Assembly: GCA_000320545.1 (NCBI GenBank)
Contig: ADNK01000571.1
Location: 17,290-81,289 of the forward strand
Reading direction: 5' to 3'
Source: Bigelowiella natans CCMP2755
Taxonomy: Eukaryota; Protista; Cercozoa
DNA length: 64,000 nt
Position numbers and translations under genes: made by a program. Position 1 is the stretch's first letter, and each line of letters opens with the position of its first letter. Positions 12,744 through 25,357 of this stretch are shown in pieces. The notes under the pieces were generated by a model. That model searched no databases. It was not told the DNA's origin and saw only the letters and a program-made list of their open reading frames with translations.

Positions 12744-13374
12744 AAGGAGGGTTCTGTGTGATGTGATGTGGTATGTATGATGAGAAGCCTAAGCATATTT
12801 TCTTACGATCGATCTTCCGGGTCTACGTCATCGCCCCCGTAGAGGTATATTGACGAAAGAATGAGGAATAAGCAGATGCCGACCTGGCATGCAATAAACA
12901 CACACACACACACACACAAACACACACACCACAAACGGCGAGACAAGCATATACCATCAGAATCACAACGAGGAGTAAGTAAATGAACATTTGATTCCTC
13001 ACGTCCTTTCACACCACATCACATCACATCAAATCACCCAATGCTTCGGCTGCAGCGTTCCCAGTCGATGGATTGCTGTTGGTGGCAGTATTAGGAGGAG
13101 GAGGAAGAGGGAGCAATGAGTTGAGGACATGGTACTATCTCATCGATCTCACTGTCACACTCAGCATAGTTATCATCAGATCAATTAGCATCCTCTTATT
13201 TGCAGCGTGCTATTTTCCTCACTTGACCCTGACATTGCTAAAAAGACTCCTGTCGCAACGTGTCTGCACGGTCTTCTTCCTTTTTCTTCCTTTCCTTCCC
13301 CGCCGCATTCTATCCCCCCCCCCTCTCCTTCTCCTCCTCCTTCCTCATTCTCGCACATGACTTACTCATATACG
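9064..13374 (-). CDS. NIPA-family (DMT superfamily) Mg2+ transporter
   Basis: Exons WIAGVCLATGAQLSG, LAAYSFAAQSLLAPLSILNL|VWNAVLASVVLGERLS, GMLGGNQFLSKSLSE, GLKHYTAMSLVPIYQ and GFFTITMIASALVFFKE|YEMF. AYxFAxxSLxAPL and PIYQ...FxE are NIPA hallmarks. The 5' exons are approximate. Confidence 0.88.
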
Positions 13375-13568
13375 GGCATTCTAGCAGCATGACGAAGTTG
13401 ATGCAACACACGATCCTGAGAGGAAGGAGAGATCATTTAACGATGGCGACAGAAAATGCAAAGACAGCTCAGATATGAGGAGTCTCCAAGCGCACTAGCG
13501 TTCATTCGAAAGTGGGAAGTAGATGTTACAACGAACGGTGATACTTCCTATTCTATGAAGCAAGAGCA

Positions 13569-16500
13569 TCATATATGTCGCAGGATAGAAATCATCGGTA
13601 GTTTCACTGATATCATACGACGCATCATCATCGCTTTCCTTTCTCGAGGAGGATCGCCGTCCAACAAACAACACACTACAAAACGGCGTGAAGATTCTGA
13701 ACGGGGGTGGGTTGTTGAAGTGGGGGGGGGGGGGAGGGAGAAAAGACTAACGGGAGGCTCTTCGCTTTGAAGGGTGGTTTCTTGGCATTCTCCAGGTAGT
13801 TCTCGGTCTTCACACGTATCGACACACAACACCATTCATTCTTAAGTTAGTAGTAGTAGTAGTAGTAGTATACCCTATCATCGCCTGCATTTACGGCTGC
13901 TGCTGCTACTGCTGTATACTGTGTGTTGTTGTTCCCTTTGTTATTGTTTATGTTATGTGCTGCTGGCTGGTAGGCAGGTAGTGAGTGAGTGAGTGAGTGG
14001 TGGTTGCTGTTGTGACTACTACTATTAAGTACCATCTGCGACATTACGAATCCTACTTCAAAGTCTCGCTCCGCGCGCTCTCTCCCGACCTTGCCCATAG
14101 ACTGGCGGCGTTTGGAGTCGTTTACGAGGATGGTGATGGCCTCCTCATAGCCTATTATTACCAACACGATGGGGGTGGATGGATGGATGGATTTTGGATC
14201 ATGACTTTCATGCTGACGCCCCTCCCCCCCCCCCCTAATACTCGAATTCGACCACCATGGGAAACAATGAGCAACCAGCAATGGAGTGGGTGCTAAGGGA
14301 AAGCGCTGGTGATGATGGATGGTGCGTGTCTATGATGCGTGATCACTGTGGACTTTTGCCGTATACTCGCGACGTATGTCCTCATGGTCATCATCATCAT
14401 CGTCGTCATCGTCATCATCATTTTGCAAGGAGGTGCTCCTAGAGCAGTTACCAGAGCTGTCCATGCCCTTTATAGCGTAGCCGTTTACTCCAGACTGATG
14501 AACGATAATGATGGATGGATGGATGGATGGATGATGTCATGATGATGTGATGGCGGTGGTGGTGATAATGGTCTCGTGGTACTATAGCGTCGTTGTGGAT
14601 TGTAGAATAATCACGATGATCTCAAGCAAAAGCGTATGTTAGTCACAATTATCAATCAGCGCTAGACATCTTGGAAGAAAGATCCTCCCACACTATGTCA
14701 CAGGAGGCAGGAAGTGCAAGCTTTCACCTCTATGAGATGGCTGCTACAGCAATCAGCCGCAACGACGGGTATTCTAATGACGAAGACGGGGGGGAAGAAG
14801 GGGGGGGGGGGGGGGGTCAGTCACAGTACTCTACGATTTAAAGACACAATATCTCTTTGTAATAATACACTTCTAGACGTTCGACCAGATTGCATAAGAA
14901 CGACATATTTCGCACACTGTAAATTTTGTATTCTGCTCCCTGTCTTGCTTTCTTTCCGTCTCTATCGCTCCCCCATCTTCCCTCCTTATCCTCCTCCTCC
15001 ACATCCATTATCACCACCACCACCGCCACCATCATCATCCTTCATCATTAAAATAACCATCATCATGTAGCAGCATGGTAAACTCTACTACTACTACTAC
15101 TACTACTACTACTAACCCAGACGCCATGCCTTCAAGGGTTACATTTCCGAATGTTTCCACCTGTGCCATGATCGTATTATTCGTCGTATTTTTAGTCGTG
15201 CACGATGGAGATGATGATGATGATGATGGAGATGATGGAGATGATGGAGATGATGGTGATGATGGTGATGATGAAATAAGTAACGGTAGTGGTGGTGTAG
15301 TCTCTCTCGCTCCCCCTCTCGCATTGGTTATCTTCTTGACGGGCGAATGAACGGTAAGAATATCGATCATTTTGTGCCGTGAACGATGTAGCACACACTT
15401 ACACACACACACACACACACACCTTCATACACTCATAGATGCTCATTGAAAAGATAAAAACCACAAAAACCATCGCACACCCTGCTTGGGAAGCACAATA
15501 CGTCGCAGCTCGCATAAATCTGCGGCAAATCGTCCGAATTCTGCCATCTGTTTGTTTTTTGTTGGAGGGTATGGGGTGGGCATGGGCAAAACAAACAGCA
15601 CACGAATTAGAGTCAGTTTCGAATCTAGCTGAATCATATCTTGGCAGTCGTCGTGCAACTCATGAGGACACGAGAATCTACATCGATAAAGGCGTTATTT
15701 CCTTCTTTCTGTACCGACCCTAAGCCAACGCAGTTTTTGATTTGAGTCATCGTTTTGTATACTGCTCCTCGGCCAACCACAACCCCTTTCACCTGAGAGG
15801 AGAAGGAGGAGGAGGAGGAGGAGGAGGAGGAGGAGGAGGGGGAGGAGAAATGGGGTTCAGACGATATCACCGATAATCAAATCAGCGATCATCAATCATC
15901 ATTTATCATCGCCTCTGCAGGCTGCTCTTCTTAATAACTCTCTCCTCCGACCTTATCCGGGAATTTCTTGGTGAGATGGGTCATGACTTTGATGAATACG
16001 TCAGGTCGCTTCTCTGGCACACATCGTCCCACCCACAACACCACCTGAGCAGATAATTATGGACGAGGTGAGGGAGGAGGTGTAGATTTAGTGGGCAGCA
16101 GTTGTACTTCTGTCTTGTGACAACATATTAGTTTGCATTCGTAAGTGCAGAGTACTACCACGTCGTCCGAGTTAAAACCGTATTTGCTCCTGAAGCAGCG
16201 GCCCCAGCACCAACAGCAACAAAATTCCAATAAAGTATGAAAGATAGAGGTATTGCTCAAGGGGAAGTATGGCGATTGAAGCGAATGGAATGGGAGAGGG
16301 GGGGGGAAGGGAAGGGAGCTGCGACTACTTATATGATGAGCGTAGTACCTCCAACTGTCGCTGCGTTTGGAAGGGTGATATTTCTCCACGTCAACTCCTC
16401 TCCCCCACACCTCCAGCTTATTCCCTGGGGGTGGGTGGGTGTTGTAGAGAGAACGAACAAAGCAGCGCACGGGGGTCATCGCCCATCAAAAAGAGCAGCA

Positions 16501-17056
16501 ATGTTCTGTCAGTCCATTTGCCTCGCATTACGGGCAGTGCCACAGGAAAAGCAGCTGTTGCTTTTCCCGAACGTATATAGCAGCAAAGGAACGACAATCG
16601 CCCCGACATGCTTTCCATTATTTCACACCGCGCTGCTGCTCACCGACACTCACGCCATTCGCTGTTGTACGGCCAGGGAGCTATCTCTACCCAGTAGCCT
16701 ATATTCAGTGCTGCTGCTGCGCTACCTTGATAGGCGTCCTCGAAGCCTTCGCCTATCATCTTGCGCCTGCGCAACGAACAAACGTGATTCTCTCTAATTT
16801 ATGCTGCAATCGTCACAGTCACCGCAACAACCAGAACTTCTGTTATCACCATACTAGATACTGGCCAAAACTTGAGCTGTTTCCCCCTCACTCATGATTG
16901 CTGCAAGTGATACTGCGGCCAAAGTAAACGTACTTCCCCCACCCTGCCATTTTATCATGTACCTCATTAACTCCGAAGGGACGTATGTCACGCCTATGGC
17001 TTGGTAGAAGGCCTGCAGTAGACAGCAACACATGATGATGTTGGTAGTGTTGGAAG

Positions 17057-17088
<32 letters not shown>

Positions 17089-18616
17089 ATGCCGACACCA
17101 CAAAACAACGTCGAGGAGGGGATTTTAGAATAGTACAAAAAACGAAAAACTCTATGCAGATATTGAAGAAACACAATCAACAAAATTCGTAAGTAGGAAA
17201 GGCCTGAGTGAAGTCACGGATCTTCGGCCAGATGGGACTGGTGAAGAGAGGGTATTGCTACCGATAACGATTGTGTAGTAAGTAACCTTGAAATACATGA
17301 GCATGAGTGGACGGAGCAGTGTCCCAACCAGTCCCCAGTGTAGAGTATAGTCCTAATCATACACAAACAAGAGAGGTGGATGGGGGAAGGAAAAGGGATG
17401 TTAGCATCATGGAATCCGAGATGCAGCAAGTTGTGATTCTTTGTTCGTTAGCCCGTTGATAATACATGGATATTGCTGTGCCAGGTTGCGATGAGAGGCA
17501 CATTGTTCTCACGGGCCCAATTCTATTGTTTAACAACAAAATCCACAAAACGCCAAAAACATAGTTGGGAGGACATCAACCAAAGATATATACCAAGTAG
17601 GAACTTTGATTGAATTCAACTTTAAGGTGTATAAGTCGCGTGCTGATTGCGTGGTTTTAATTATGCTGCTCGCATAGTGACCCCGGCAGCGTAGCAAGCG
17701 AAGTCGGGAGTAGTGACGTGGACGAGATTAGGATTGTATTGCCTAGGAAAACAATAACAATGATGCGACACGTTTACCCAAAAAAAAAAAAGGCAAAATG
17801 TGGTGCTTCGCTCGAAAAGGAACAAGAAATACATGGAAGTGGTTAGAGGGAAAAAACAATTTCTTCTTAAAACGTTCTCTTCTATCTTAGATACTTGAGT
17901 TTTTCGCAGATGTCTTCGCCGAGTCGGAGTCCAATCTTATAGTCGCTTTGGCCCGCACAGCAACTTAACATGGGTATACTTTCAACGTGCTCCGTACCAG
18001 CCTCCTTAAGTCCGCCAGGCGGGGGTGCAGTGAGAAGTAAAACCTTGCCACCTTTGGACTTAACATTGCGCATTATCTTCCGCAGAGTAATTGTCACCCC
18101 ATCGACAACATGGAAACTCGCCTGCATTGCGACAGAAGGAGAGGGAGGGGTGGGAGAAGATATGAGTGTCGAACGAATACTTAGGGATAGCAGGCTTTCT
18201 GCAGGAATACCCATCGTTTTTGAAAATGGGTTCGATGATACTCAATTTCAACACCACAACACATGAATGGACTTTTCAGCCCTTTGCTCGCGCATCTCTC
18301 TTGAGTCAGAATCCCTTCGCTAGGAGCATTTAAGCCTGGTTTCATGGATTTTCTCCTAAAGTACTTCATGGTACTTGCAAGCAGGGTGAACTGTACTTGT
18401 AAAACCCAGAAATAAAAAGGGTGACGTGATGCCTCCCTTCACGATAATGATTACTGGACTCTCTCTCAGGACCTCAAGGTTTTTTTGATAAAAACCCAGC
18501 CCTCCACCAAATTTCACGAAAGCGATACTTCGCTTTCTTCTCACTGAGTCCATGTTGATTACCGTTGCGATGACGACTCTGAGCTGAGACGCGTCTGCTA
18601 GCTTCTCGTCTGCCAT
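13569..18616 (-). CDS. GT4 glycosyltransferase, SQD2/MgtA-like
   Basis: RVVIAT|ASFHVVDGVTITL, VHVTTPD, VWGRGVDVEKYHPSKRS, WVGRCVPEKRPD, VVVGRG, ETFGNVTLEGMASGL (GT4 E-x7-E) and RRQSMGKVGRERAE. The 3' end is approximate. Confidence 0.88.
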
Positions 18617-19033
18617 GGGGAACCGGAATTTGAAGCGGAGGGGTTTCAATCAAAGGGGAAATGAGCTGCATTTAGCTACGAAGACAACCATAATTCTTTT
18701 GTCGTCAATGCTACCAAGAACCTGCCTCGAGAGTTGTCTGATCAGAAACCCCTCAATCCACAATTTTCACTCAATTTCTTTCCTGCGACAACGATATCAA
18801 AAATATTTTAAAATGTTTCAGCGTAGTTGGATCTCTCCTGTAATTCGCTATGATACGCCTTTCCAGCTTGCTTGTGACTTATTAATCAGGCAGCAATGCA
18901 TGAGTTTGGGTAAATTTATCTAGGAAATTGTTCCAATAATAGATCTAATAGATCTGGACCTATGCTCCTCGTGGGTTCCGCTCCGGGATCCATACGACAT
19001 CGGAAAGAGGAGGAGGAAGCACACTTCAGAAGA

Positions 19034-20533
19034 ATGCAATCAGAACAAACCGATTCTAAGCAGCAACAGCAAAAAACTGCTATTGTTACGGGAGCTACCG
19101 GTCAGATTGGAAAGGTTCGAACATGTAGACCTGCAAAAGCAATGCCTCCTCATTGTTTGGTTCGCATTCTAGGAGATCGCATTAGGCTTAGCAAACAAAG
19201 GTCTTCGAATTATCCTTGCTGCTCGGAATGTCAAGAAAGCAGAAAAAGTCGCCACTGAGATTCAGAAGATAACGAAAAATTCACGTGTCGAGGTGCATAG
19301 CTTTCGATCGGATACATATTCTACGTTCACATGATTTTTCCGTCCAGGTTGAGCAAGTGGACTTGTCCTCTCCATCTTCAATCCGTAGCTTCGTTCATCG
19401 CTTTGCAAAACGTGAAAACACTCGATTGGACGTTCTCGTCAACAATGCTGCCATTGTACCACATAGCAAGACAGTAACAAAAGAGGGTGAGAATGCTTCA
19501 TCATTTTATCTTGGTCTATCCATAGGTGCATTTCTTACAGTGCTATATTTTTAGGTTTGGAGTTACAATTTGCTACCAACGTGCTTTCATACTTCATGCT
19601 GGCGGTGCTTCTCCGCCCAATACTGCGACAAACTGCGGAGGTAACTTGGGAGCAGAAATGCAGCACATCTCTTTGTACCAAGTAAATTATCTGAAATATA
19701 CTCGGGCAAACTCAGGCTTCGCTGAAACTAGGATCTGGTCCAAGTCGCATTGTCAATGTCGCGTCTCAATATGCTGGGGGATTGGACTTGACTGATCTAC
19801 ATTTTCTACATTTTCAAAGAAGAAAGTAGGGACGATATATGCTTATGCTTGGATCATTGGGCGAAGCTGAACAGCAAAAATGTTATTCTTGGTGTTTCAC
19901 ACAAGTTTATTTGATGCAGGTATAACGCAAATACAGCGTATAAACAATCAAAGCAGGCAAATCGTGTTTTCTCACATACTGCGGCTTCAAAGTAGCTCAC
20001 ACTACCATTGCAAAAATGAAGTTATATAGAATTGGAGCAGAACGGATTAGCATTTGAACGTGTTTGTCGTTGCAATGCGTTGTTGAAGTATAAAATGACA
20101 TTTCTTTTGGTTCTTTCTCAGCTTAACCAATACATGTGCGCTCATTTAGCTTTAAATGTAGGTTCGAGTCGGACGGGATAATTGTTCACGCCTGCCATCC
20201 TGGAGTCGTCACTTCCAATGTGCTCTCAGGATTGGGCTTTGGTAAATACGATGACAGTATGGTGGTTTTTGTAGTAGTTAGCGGTAGTAGCGCTTAATGA
20301 TATTCCTTCATACCATTCAATGAGTAATGGTCAAACCGATGTAGGCAGCGGATTCGACTCTGCGGCAAAAGCTGCAGACACACCAGTGTATCTCGCAACT
20401 GCTCCAGCGAAACAGTTAGGAACTGGAAAGTCAGTATTATTATATAGCGGATCTTGGTTGTAGATGCATTTAGTTCAAGATTAACTATTGAAGCGGGTGA
20501 TTGCTTAGTCTTCCATGAGGATGGAGATTTATA

Positions 20534-20582
<49 letters not shown>

Positions 20583-20839
20583 GAACTATGCATGTTGGGC
20601 GTCATACCGCGTGCAGCACCTACCTGAATTACGGCACTTCTGACCGTTATATCATTTATTGCTTTGGTCTATGATAAATAATGTGCAGGTTTTGGCAAGA
20701 GAGACAAGCAGTAAAGTGCAGTTTCTCTTCCGACAGTAAAACAGGCGAAGCTCTATGGGATTACTGTGTTAAAATGCAAGAAAAATTGCTCCCGTCCGTG
20801 GAAAGTGAAAATGAAGTTTGTGATGATAGCAATGCGTGA
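19034..20839 (+). CDS. Classical short-chain dehydrogenase/reductase (retinol dehydrogenase/WWOX-like)
   Basis: TAIVTGATGQIGKE, VDLSS, LDVLVNNAA, LELQFATNVL, RIVNVAS, catalytic YKQSK, HPGVVTS and LWDYC. The exons splice in frame. Confidence 0.93.
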
Positions 20840-22591
20840 ACGGGGTGCATCCGATGTTAGACATTTATGTTCTTTTGACGTGGTGTTCCGACATGTTTTC
20901 GTCATCATTCACTGCTCATCGCATGCAACTGTAGACACTGTGGTGTCGTATGTGGTATAGTGGTGGATACAAAATTCAACAAGCATAGAATCACGCATCT
21001 GGCATCGATATGTACGGTCTGCACTCTAGTCACAGTACCAATGTATACATGTGTGGCAATGATACATGTCTATGCCACGGTATGTAATATTTACATAAGC
21101 TTAGCGGCATCTATGTCATCACTGCCATGCGATGCCAGCAGGGCTCAGAGCCAATGGCTCATTCTAACATGTTAGCAACTTCGAAATTCGCCAGCGCTGC
21201 GCAGGTGTGCGTCCAGCTAGCTGCTAGCAGCTAGCTAGTTGCACAGCACGTGCATGGTGTGCCTGTTGTACGTTCGAGTGCTTTATAGCCTGTGGTTCGC
21301 CGTAGCGCGAAAGTATCAGTCTTTGCAACAATGAAGGACGCATGCATGCAAGAGCTTCTGAGCTCAAGAGTAAGTGATGCTAGTACGATACACGTGCTGT
21401 AGGTGCGCGCCAGGCTAGCAGGATGCAGAATGCGCGCAAGATGTGCACGCAGAATGATCACAGTGGATGCTATGCACATGCACATAAAACAATGCAATGA
21501 CAATGTATGCATTTACTGCCGTGTGCATTGCACATGTAGCAAATGTCGCATGTGTATGTGTGTTTGAAGTCACATGTGTTTGCGCACCGATACGGTTGGC
21601 AGACACTGATAGGGCTACACGCACAACACAGGATGGCATACGTATCGATCACAGTTCGGTAGTAACAACCGCTGCTAATCGTGACAGTAACTTATTCCCC
21701 ATAGGGTGTAGCATGGGTACTCAAAATATTCTGTAACCGAATTCTTTCGAGTCACTCCCGGGAAGTAACGTTGGGGATGTTAGCACAAAAGCTTAAACAT
21801 TTTTACAGTGGAGCTGAAGTTCCAGAGGCAAAAGTTGGTCAATAATCTACTACATTATAATTATGATGGCAGCTTGACAGCTGCAGATTTATTTCTATCG
21901 CGGTTTAATGATCTGTTTCCACTTCAGGCCGGATTATTGGGTGCCATTGCATTAACCAAGTCATGGCCCACATCATCCACATGCAAAAAGTGGCAATTGT
22001 GATCAGCAATGTCGTGAGCCTAATAAAAACCACATGAGATAAGCGTTGCAGACAAATTTACATTATATTTACCCGACTTGGCCCCTCAGAGCTCCTTGGC
22101 CTAGGCACGCCGATATCGCACATGCAAGTAGACCAAGAGCTACGTACACGAATGTGCCAACCCAAAATGGTGTCGAGTCAGAAGCCATAATGTGTCTGAC
22201 CATATACGAGTAGGATTTAGTTTGGTTTTCATGAAATAAGCTTCACTGAAGACGTATCAAAACCACCCAATGGTTCCAAAACCATCCACACATAATACAA
22301 CAGTATCATCTTTTTTTAAAATTGCTTGAATTCCAATGTATTTATGAAATCATTGAAACTCATACAAAAAATTGGAAAGCATGAAAAACTAAAAGGCAAG
22401 TCCTTGCTGCGGACTCATCTTCGTCATCGAATTAAATGCCATAAAGTATCCGTTTGTGCTCTTCTCTGCTTCTCTCAAGATGTAAATATAGTAGGAAAAG
22501 GAGGGTCGAAAATATTTTTGCACATTGTTGCCGCGTGTACATTCCACAGCACTAGTAAGGTGGTGCCGAATTGTGTTTAAGGGCTATGCTA

Positions 22592-22999
22592 TTACCAACT
22601 CGCAGGTGGCTTGCTAATGAGGGGAACAGGGCTGTGAGATCGAACCCTCGTTTCCTGGCACTTTTTCGTGGAGGATGAAATGCTATAATTCATAAACGAC
22701 AATACTTTAGGATTGTCTCTATTAATATTTATATGTCCAATATCTATTTGCGAGAAATCAGAGCTGCTTCTTCGTCTTCTGGGAGCTGATCTCTGCCCAA
22801 TATCATCGGCAGCAGATGCAAGGACGAGGGCTCTTTCGCAAGACGACAACCTCAGAAACGATTTCCGCAGCACTGGAACCCCATCCATGTACGCCCAATC
22901 GACCGAAATTGCGTCCAAAATCCGTGTCGTATGGATCTCTTTCCCGATGGCCTTTAGTATCAAGTTACGACATGATTTTAATGTTGTCGTAGAGGTCAT
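22592..22999 (-). CDS. Possible hypothetical protein, first exon (divergent from uL15)
   Basis: SSR-free 135-codon open frame MTSTTTLKSCRNLILKAIG...KPPASW. There is a possible donor near its end and splice-like fragments at 21900-22500, but no recognisable domain. Confidence 0.35.
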   Translation of the reverse strand: MTSTTTLKSCRNLILKAIGKEIHTTRILDAISVDWAYMDGVPVLRKSFLRLSSCERALVLASAADDIGQRSAPRRRRSSSDFSQIDIGHININRDNPKVLSFMNYSISSSTKKCQETRVRSHSPVPLISKPPASW

Positions 23000-23041
23000 A
23001 ATTGAGTGCATAAATTGCCGCCTACAATCGGGGTGGTTGGC

Positions 23042-24349
23042 ATGGCGTTTGCGGTGCGAGGCGCTGCGTCCGTGCGGCTTCATCTCAGTTCCTCAGCCAG
23101 GCTAGTTCTGAAAGCCCACAATTTAAGGAATTTTTCATCTTCGTCTAGTAGGGGCGGAAATTCTGCAGCGTTTGAACTCGGCACCCCAACCTACCTCGGT
23201 TTGCACAATCTTAGAGATAATCCTGGAGCAAGAAAGAAGGTAGGCTACCCTCACAAACAGAAGGGAATGACAAATTAGACGTTCATTCAAACACAAAAAT
23301 TCAGCGCAAAATCGTGGGTCGTGGTCCAGGGTCTGGATGGGGCAAGACTTGTGGCAGGGGACACAAAGGACAGAAATCGAGAGGGTAAGCAAGAATTTCC
23401 TGGACTAAATAAACAGAAACGAATGCAGTGTGTGCTTTGGTGTATCAGTTCCATGGGAAAACCATTCTTTGAAGGAGGACAGACGCCTCTTCACAGGAAG
23501 CTTCCAAAACGGTGAGGCGGTTATCACATCCGCTTCTTCGTTTCACTGTCATTTTGACACATGTTATTATTTCCATCCTCAGAGGCTTCAAAAACGTCAA
23601 CAAAGTTCGCTATGAGCCTGTCAATTGTTCCTCTATAGTCGAGCGAATTAATCAGGGACGGATAGATCCATATAAGAAAATTACCATCAAAGACCTTTAC
23701 GATGCTGGATTGTGCAACGGCATGAAGCACGGCGTGAAGCTCCTTGCCAAGGTAATGTGTTTGCGAGAAAGCTTCTTTCATGGACTATGTTTTTTGACTT
23801 TGATCATTTTCTTCTCAGGGAATCGAAGATCTCACTACCTTGGACACACCTCTAACAATTGAGGTGTCGCATGCGTCACAAGAAGCAAAGGTTTGTAACT
23901 TGCATTTTCAGAAATGATAACGGTTCGGTGAGAATTCTCGCATATGTTCTTAATCCCTTATCATCGTTCTAAATTTATCTTAATAGACTGCAATTGAAGA
24001 GCTCGGAGGCGAAGTCACCTACAGGTATTTATCTACAGATGGTCTAGGGCTTGGGGTAATCTTGACCATATCGATAATCTTCGTATCTAGGTACTTCAAT
24101 CGTCGTGCCCTGCGTGCCCATATTAAGCCGCATAAGTTCCATCCAAACTTGATGCCGGGACCTAGCATTCCACCACCAAGACTCCAGGTATTTGAACTGC
24201 TTATTTTTTGGGGAATGCGCTCTTTAACCCCTTGTTGTGTATGACAGGAACGATATCTGCCTTTCATGGAGGAAGAACTTTTGGCTTACTATTCGCATCT
24301 GAAGGTTGAAGAAGAAGAAAATATTGGCAAGGAGGAAGCCTCAATGTAA
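23042..24349 (+). CDS. MRPL15: Mitochondrial ribosomal protein uL15m
   Basis: Presequence [21 protein letters not shown]. Conserved motifs [13 protein letters not shown]|[42 protein letters not shown]|[20 protein letters not shown]|TAIEELGG and [13 protein letters not shown]. Confidence 0.95.
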
Positions 24350-24422
24350 TGCATAAGTTCTTTCGAAACGTTGAGATCTGTAATAAATATTCATACAGCA
24401 CATATGATGCTCACATGATGAG

Positions 24423-24464
<42 letters not shown>

Positions 24465-25357
24465 CGATTACTTGCTTGATGTGCATATCTATTAAGATGT
24501 AGCTAATTGTAGCGTTAGCATAGGCATTTATGATGCTAAATTCTAGCTATGTATGCTAGTATGGGTGCGGCTAGGAATCAGCCGCGCTAGCGCCGGGTAC
24601 GGTTCGCTCGCAAATCCTATGTGTATAACAGCTACTCGTACACGCGCGCGTATATGTGCTAGTGTGCTGCTCTGGTACATAGCTAGATAGCTAGCTGACT
24701 CGGCCTATCCGTAGATAGCGGCATGCACGAGAACAGAATCCAGGCTAGCAGGCTATTATACAGATAACTAGCAATTAGTATACTAGCAATTACATTAGCA
24801 ATAAATGATAGACATGCAATACACTGTATTGCTGCTGTGTCTATTATATAAGCGACGCAATGCAGCATACAATACGTATCTTGGCAATACGCAGCTTTAC
24901 ATACTAGCTAGCACAGCTAGATAGCAACATTACTAATTTATTAGATAGAATGACCATTGAAAAGAGTCAATTCATTCATTGCATCCGTCTTCTATATTCT
25001 ACGTACGTTGATACGATGCAATACGCCCTACTGCTACGATAAATAAAGTGTTGCTACATGCTGGTATGTATACTTTACTGCGATCAATCATGCATGAGTG
25101 CATGCGCTGCGCCTATCTTAGTAATTATAATTGATTTTATGTGCGCAGGAATCAATGCTACAAACGCACTGCGTCGCGTTTCAGCATGTAATATATAATT
25201 CAATATCCTTAGCGAACATATTATAAAATTGGTTGAGGCCTGTAAATCTAATGATATTACGCTTCATGAAGAAAAACACACAGTCTATTTTCCGGGGTCC
25301 CTAGCAGCGAATGCAAGAGAAGTCTCCAATTATAGAACGCTGCGGATACCCAGCTGT

